Positions 60,801-64,000 of a DNA stretch of 64,000 nt are shown one piece after another. The DNA is from Planctomycetota bacterium (GTDB lineage Bacteria; Planctomycetota; B15-G4; SIAN01). The notes under the pieces were generated by a model. It searched no databases. It had not been told where the DNA came from and saw nothing but the letters and a program-made list of their open reading frames with translations. The stretch covers positions 160,001 through 224,000 of the forward strand of contig JANNXA010000016.1 in NCBI GenBank assembly GCA_031409275.1, given 5' to 3'. Within the stretch, counting starts at the first letter, position 1. Each line of letters begins with the position of its first letter. The translations under genes were made by a program, and so were the position numbers.

Positions 60801-60970
60801 GGCGCGAACGTCGTCGAGCGGCTGCCGCCGCCACCACCGCCGCCGCCGCAGCCCGAGAAGCCGGCGGCAACGCCGATCGCGACCGCACTCTTCCAGATCG
60901 CCTGGCTCTTCCAGATCGACGGCGCCCGGCGGAGATCGGACACGCTGAGATCCGGGCGGTTCATTGTCAT
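57863..60970 (-). CDS. Large lipoprotein with Ig-like domains and glycine-rich region
   Basis: Lipobox FSGC followed by poly-Gly; Big_5-like P.DG..G/F...L segments; many GGxGG blocks; acidic composition. Confidence 0.75.
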   Translation of the reverse strand: MTMNRPDLSVSDLRRAPSIWKSQAIWKSAVAIGVAAGFSGCGGGGGGGGSRSTTFAPKATLLSVRFPDPNDVNVEAETTAPQSSPVVQTVEFVFSDNPDPNRINATVLPILDSANQPVRGRYLVDGPVVTFVPDLPVRPISTLPTGGLDNGGAGLNFNSGYTVRTGPLTFSFVANVEPALRASYPDAIDTDGIFIPFRTMVTPSADAFRAVAATTPRLIDADPTDGSTGISPNLFSDPDGLFTARPVFTLVFDGPLQPDTTNLNDTVFELVDLEDTPPGFPDGVSLGINVTLVENSIDRAVVEVQPSGILPFGHLLVLQYDLELKGLAQSGSPAGGPLVATTFSVADAPSGSIRDAIVEEFDDNRREETDIDEIGSGVLPADWNRKGSSILQAALEFDGDGSLGRFLPNAPASGNTTTIVLDTTSQTFPLLDGSTPDALPGAIATNGVFNFTDIDIPDGVIVVPRGNNPLVFKATGSVRIAGDILVSGDDGSSEFAYDSSITAIPGGPARAGGGRGGDSHPVTFFPADTINYLTLVSPTYAKTGLGMDPVTGEMKEIGGTGAQSGALDTKDSKGKYQTNDEMGNCDEFRSISTNAKIAGGGGGSMFRAGVVPKDTSGNILNGIANVKPDGTGKWLVSDDNTNLAGVGGAHPFAPDGTLSNDYFGKLGQLKRLIGGQGGGGGGTQCDSYFCGNWCDIDKDSTNDGCCANEDNLPAQGRSPSVGDSRGGAGGGGGGAFMVQALGDITLEATALLESSGGNGGGGEGIACSYWGGGGGGGAGGMIILQSASTILVKQSAIIDVRRGLGDNAAPNNDYADCSNSNNGVAGDGGDGGHGMIQLQVPAGSTATVVAPGSDVNGSIRPLASWVDPNNTLAPVEFTPISVALSQWHDFGRVIERSPANTNPVFSFSGLDGGGYVATDGSGNVLSPGTSDILVGYLGQFDTLTGTYAPGQEPRTNFIPTNARLKVEFQGADAIVEGSKEVDPATLTAWSSNVAVANGHQFLRWRITFDTTFDGSTLTPTTPRPIVERLEIHTDF

Positions 60971-61212
60971 GGCCGAACACTCCTCGCAGCGAATCGGGCG
61001 ATCGCCGATGGTTCGGCCAGGTCGCCCCGGAACCCCGCAGTCGGGGGACCATTGTGCACGCGCCGTGCCGCTTGGACCACCCCCGGGGCTTCCCCGTCAG
61101 GACCGGAGGCCTCCCAGGGGAGGCCGCGCCGGCGTGCGCCGACTCCGAAATCATTGCGCTCCGGCCGTCGTGCGGTTGCGCGCCGCCGTCGCCAGTCCGC
61201 GCCGCACCCCGC

Positions 61213-63885
61213 TCAACCCGACCCCACCACCGGCAGCGTGCCGCGCGTCACGCCGACCACGCCGAACTTCCCTTCCGCGTTGAGCTGACGGAACAGCGCC
61301 TTCGGCGCGACCTCGCCGCGCAGCGCCGCTCGATAGAGCTCGATCACCGTTTCAGCCTGCGCTTGAGACTCTCGCAACAACTCCACGCGGAAGCGCGACA
61401 GACCCGCCTCGCGGAAACGCGGGAGCCATTCGGCGGCGCTCTGCGGGCGATGGTGGAACAGCGTGTTGCGACAGCCGACATCGGCCAGCACCGGGTGGAG
61501 CCACCCCTTGTCGTCCTTCAGGCCGATGGCGTGGCGATCGCAAGGCCGCCCGCACGTTCGGTAGTCGGCGCCGTTCGAGAGCAGGTGCGCGAAGACGCAG
61601 TGCTCCATGTGGAACAGTGGAAGGTGCTGGTGGACCACCACTTCGAGCCGCTCGGCCGCCACGTGGTCAAGCAACGCCAGCAGTTGCTCCGCGTTCAGGT
61701 CGAAGCTCGGAGTCAGCAGGTCGACGCCGCGATCGAGCAGCACCTCCGCGGTCAGGCCGTTGGCCGCGTTCAAGCTGAAGTCGCCGACGAGCTGCAGCCC
61801 ACGCGCCGTCGCATCGTCACTGGCGCGCCGCGTCGCCACCTCCTCGAGCACCCCGAGGTGGCGCGCGAGGATGCCGTCCTTGGAAAGAGCCAGCAGCCGC
61901 GCGAGCGTCTTCTCCTCGCCCGGCTTGGCGATGCGCGTCGATGCGGGCAATGCCTGGCGCCCGGCGGCTCGCACGCGCTCGACGGCCTGGCCGAGACCGA
62001 CGAGGTCGAGGTAGTCGAGGTAGATGCGCTTCACCCCGGTCGCGAGCGCCGCCTCCACCTGCGCGTCGTCGCGAACCAGCACCGACAGCTCGAAGCCATC
62101 GCCGGCTCGAGCCGAATCGATGCCCTTGCCGTCGCGTGCGCCGACCTTGCGCGCCGCCGGTGCGAGTCGCGCCAGCGCCGGCTCGGCGGCGACCTGCCAG
62201 TGGACGCTGGCCGCGCGCGCCGCCGCGAGCTTCTCCACCATCTCGCGACGCATCCGCGACAGCTCGGAGAGCGGCGCGATCAGCGGCTCCGCCAGTGCGC
62301 TCGCCACCGACGCGTGGCCATGCGCGAGCTTGAAGATGGTCCCGCCGAGTCGGCCGAACTGCTCGGCCAGCACCGCCGCGGTCAGCGGTCGGTTGCGCGC
62401 CGGTTCGAGCGCCATCGTCGAGGTCACGGTGACCGCGTGGCCCTCGGCGTCGCGCGCGGTGACCTGCAGTGGCTGGCCGGCGCATCCTTGCAGCGAAAGC
62501 TCGATCCCGACGCGTCGACGCGGTTCGCCTTCGAACGTCGCGCGCAGCCGCTTCTCGAGCTCCGGATCCTTGGTCTTGAAGACGCGCGCGCCGATCTCGA
62601 CCTGCGTCAGGTCCGGACCGTGCTCGCGAGCGAAGCAGAGTTCCGCCAGGAAGGGCTCGCCCGGCCTCGACGCGAACGCCGACTCCGAAGGCGAAGGGGG
62701 CGAGACCTCGCCGGGATGGACGCGGCCGCCGCAGCGCACCTCGAGGATGGTGCCGCCCGCCTCGCCGACCTCAGGATCGGGCCCCTCGAAGACGACGCCA
62801 TCGCCGCGCTTGAGCGGCGCTTCGAGCGCGATCGTCGCGCGATGCAACGGCAGCGACACGTCGGCCACCCAGCCGAGGAAGACGCCCCGCTTCTTGGGGT
62901 TGCGTCCTTCGACCAGCCGCTGGTGGTTGACGCCGCCGAGGAAGCCGGCCGAGAGGCCGCGCGAAAAGGTCTGTTCGAGGTCGCGTCGCTCGCCAGCCGC
63001 GAGTTCGACCCGTCCGTTGCGTTGCGCCTGGTCGAGCGCGCGCCGATAGGTCGACGTCACCTGCGCGACGTACTCCGGCGTCTTCAGCCGCCCCTCGACC
63101 TTGAAGGAGACGACTCCGGCCGCCAGCAACTCGGGCAGCAAGTCGAGCGCGGAGAGGTCCTTCGGCGACAGCAGGTAGCGCACCGCGCCGAGTTCCTGGT
63201 GCTGGCCGTCGACGTCGAGCGTGTAGGGCATGCGGCAAGCCTGCGCACACTCGCCGCGGTTCGCCGAGCGACCACCCCACACCTCGCTGGTCAGGCACTG
63301 CCCGCTCCAGCTGACGCACAGCGCGCCGTGGACGAAGACCTCGAGTTCGAGGTCGGTCACCGCGTGGATCCGCGCGATCTCTTCGACGCTGAGCTCGCGC
63401 GCCAGGATCGCCCGCGACACGCCGCAGCGGCGCGCGAACTCGCAGCCCTCGGCGGTCGACAGCGTCATCTGCGTCGACGCGTGCAGCGGCAGATCGGGCG
63501 ACACGGCGCGAGCCAGCCGCGCGATGCCGAGGTCCTGAACGATGATCGCGTCGACTCCCGCCTCGGCGATGCGACGCAGCCGCGCCTCAGCGGCGGCGAG
63601 CTCGTGCTCGAAGACCAGCGTGTTGAAGGCGACGTAGCCCTTCACGCCGCGACGGTGGAGCTCCCCCATCACCTCGGGCAGCGTGTCGAGCGCAAGGTTG
63701 GTGGCGCGGGCGCGCGCGTTGAAGCCGTCCTTCAGCCCGAAATAGACGGCATCGGCGCCGTTCTCGACCGCGGCGCGCAGGCAATCGAGGTCGCCCGCCG
63801 GGGCGAGCAGCTCCGGAGAGCGCCCGGCGGCGGGAAGTGCCGCCCGCTTCGAAGATTCCACGGTCGGTTCCACAGTCGGCGGCAC
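61213..63885 (-). CDS. U32 family protein with DUF3656 (RlhA-like RNA hydroxylation protein)
   Basis: PELLAPAG; GADAVYFG; HASTQ; FVHGALCVSWSGQC; NRGECAQACR; KVEGRLK; MEHCVF..CGRPC. Confidence 0.88.
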   Translation of the reverse strand: MPPTVEPTVESSKRAALPAAGRSPELLAPAGDLDCLRAAVENGADAVYFGLKDGFNARARATNLALDTLPEVMGELHRRGVKGYVAFNTLVFEHELAAAEARLRRIAEAGVDAIIVQDLGIARLARAVSPDLPLHASTQMTLSTAEGCEFARRCGVSRAILARELSVEEIARIHAVTDLELEVFVHGALCVSWSGQCLTSEVWGGRSANRGECAQACRMPYTLDVDGQHQELGAVRYLLSPKDLSALDLLPELLAAGVVSFKVEGRLKTPEYVAQVTSTYRRALDQAQRNGRVELAAGERRDLEQTFSRGLSAGFLGGVNHQRLVEGRNPKKRGVFLGWVADVSLPLHRATIALEAPLKRGDGVVFEGPDPEVGEAGGTILEVRCGGRVHPGEVSPPSPSESAFASRPGEPFLAELCFAREHGPDLTQVEIGARVFKTKDPELEKRLRATFEGEPRRRVGIELSLQGCAGQPLQVTARDAEGHAVTVTSTMALEPARNRPLTAAVLAEQFGRLGGTIFKLAHGHASVASALAEPLIAPLSELSRMRREMVEKLAAARAASVHWQVAAEPALARLAPAARKVGARDGKGIDSARAGDGFELSVLVRDDAQVEAALATGVKRIYLDYLDLVGLGQAVERVRAAGRQALPASTRIAKPGEEKTLARLLALSKDGILARHLGVLEEVATRRASDDATARGLQLVGDFSLNAANGLTAEVLLDRGVDLLTPSFDLNAEQLLALLDHVAAERLEVVVHQHLPLFHMEHCVFAHLLSNGADYRTCGRPCDRHAIGLKDDKGWLHPVLADVGCRNTLFHHRPQSAAEWLPRFREAGLSRFRVELLRESQAQAETVIELYRAALRGEVAPKALFRQLNAEGKFGVVGVTRGTLPVVGSG

Positions 63886-64000
63886 CTATTTCCCGATGAA
63901 GCACTGCACGATCGACGACCGATCAAGCGCGAGGCCGGTCAGCGTATCCGGGAGTTCCCGGACGCGCGCCCTCGTGGAGCGACTCGATGCCCGACTGCCT

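Noticed and set aside
60888..60918. 13-bp direct repeat encoding IWKS twice in the lipoprotein leader
   Set aside because: A small local duplication with no further pattern

Overview
Very GC-rich bacterial chromosomal segment with about 47 genes and no rRNA, tRNA or CRISPR array seen. The gene repertoire suggests Planctomycetota (inference): a membrane-anchored ECF sigma factor, CRTAC1/ASPIC-UnbV proteins, a Thr-type sulfatase-like protein, a prenyltransferase-repeat protein and a TDD-family protein. The left end is a glycosylation locus with GT4 genes, a 1525-aa SPASM-GT2-coiled-coil-GT4 fusion, a GT2 and a multi-TM GT-C enzyme. The GT-C motifs track eukaryotic DPY19 tryptophan C-mannosyltransferases rather than STT3/PglB, which makes this locus the best candidate for an undescribed system. 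Other highlights: an exported UxxC selenoprotein split by an in-frame TGA; a POT transporter with an ectodomain at the PepT1 position; ispH with an in-frame palindromic insertion; an internally deleted AbiEii-like toxin next to an intact partner gene; a 175-bp MITE with a 4-bp target duplication; and a dispersed REP/MITE-like inverted-repeat family at three loci. Housekeeping or accessory genes include pdxH, clpB, arsS, several peptidases, methyltransferases and a TPR/FG-GAP/M28/giant lipoprotein cluster. All family calls come from motif recognition by eye; no searches were run.
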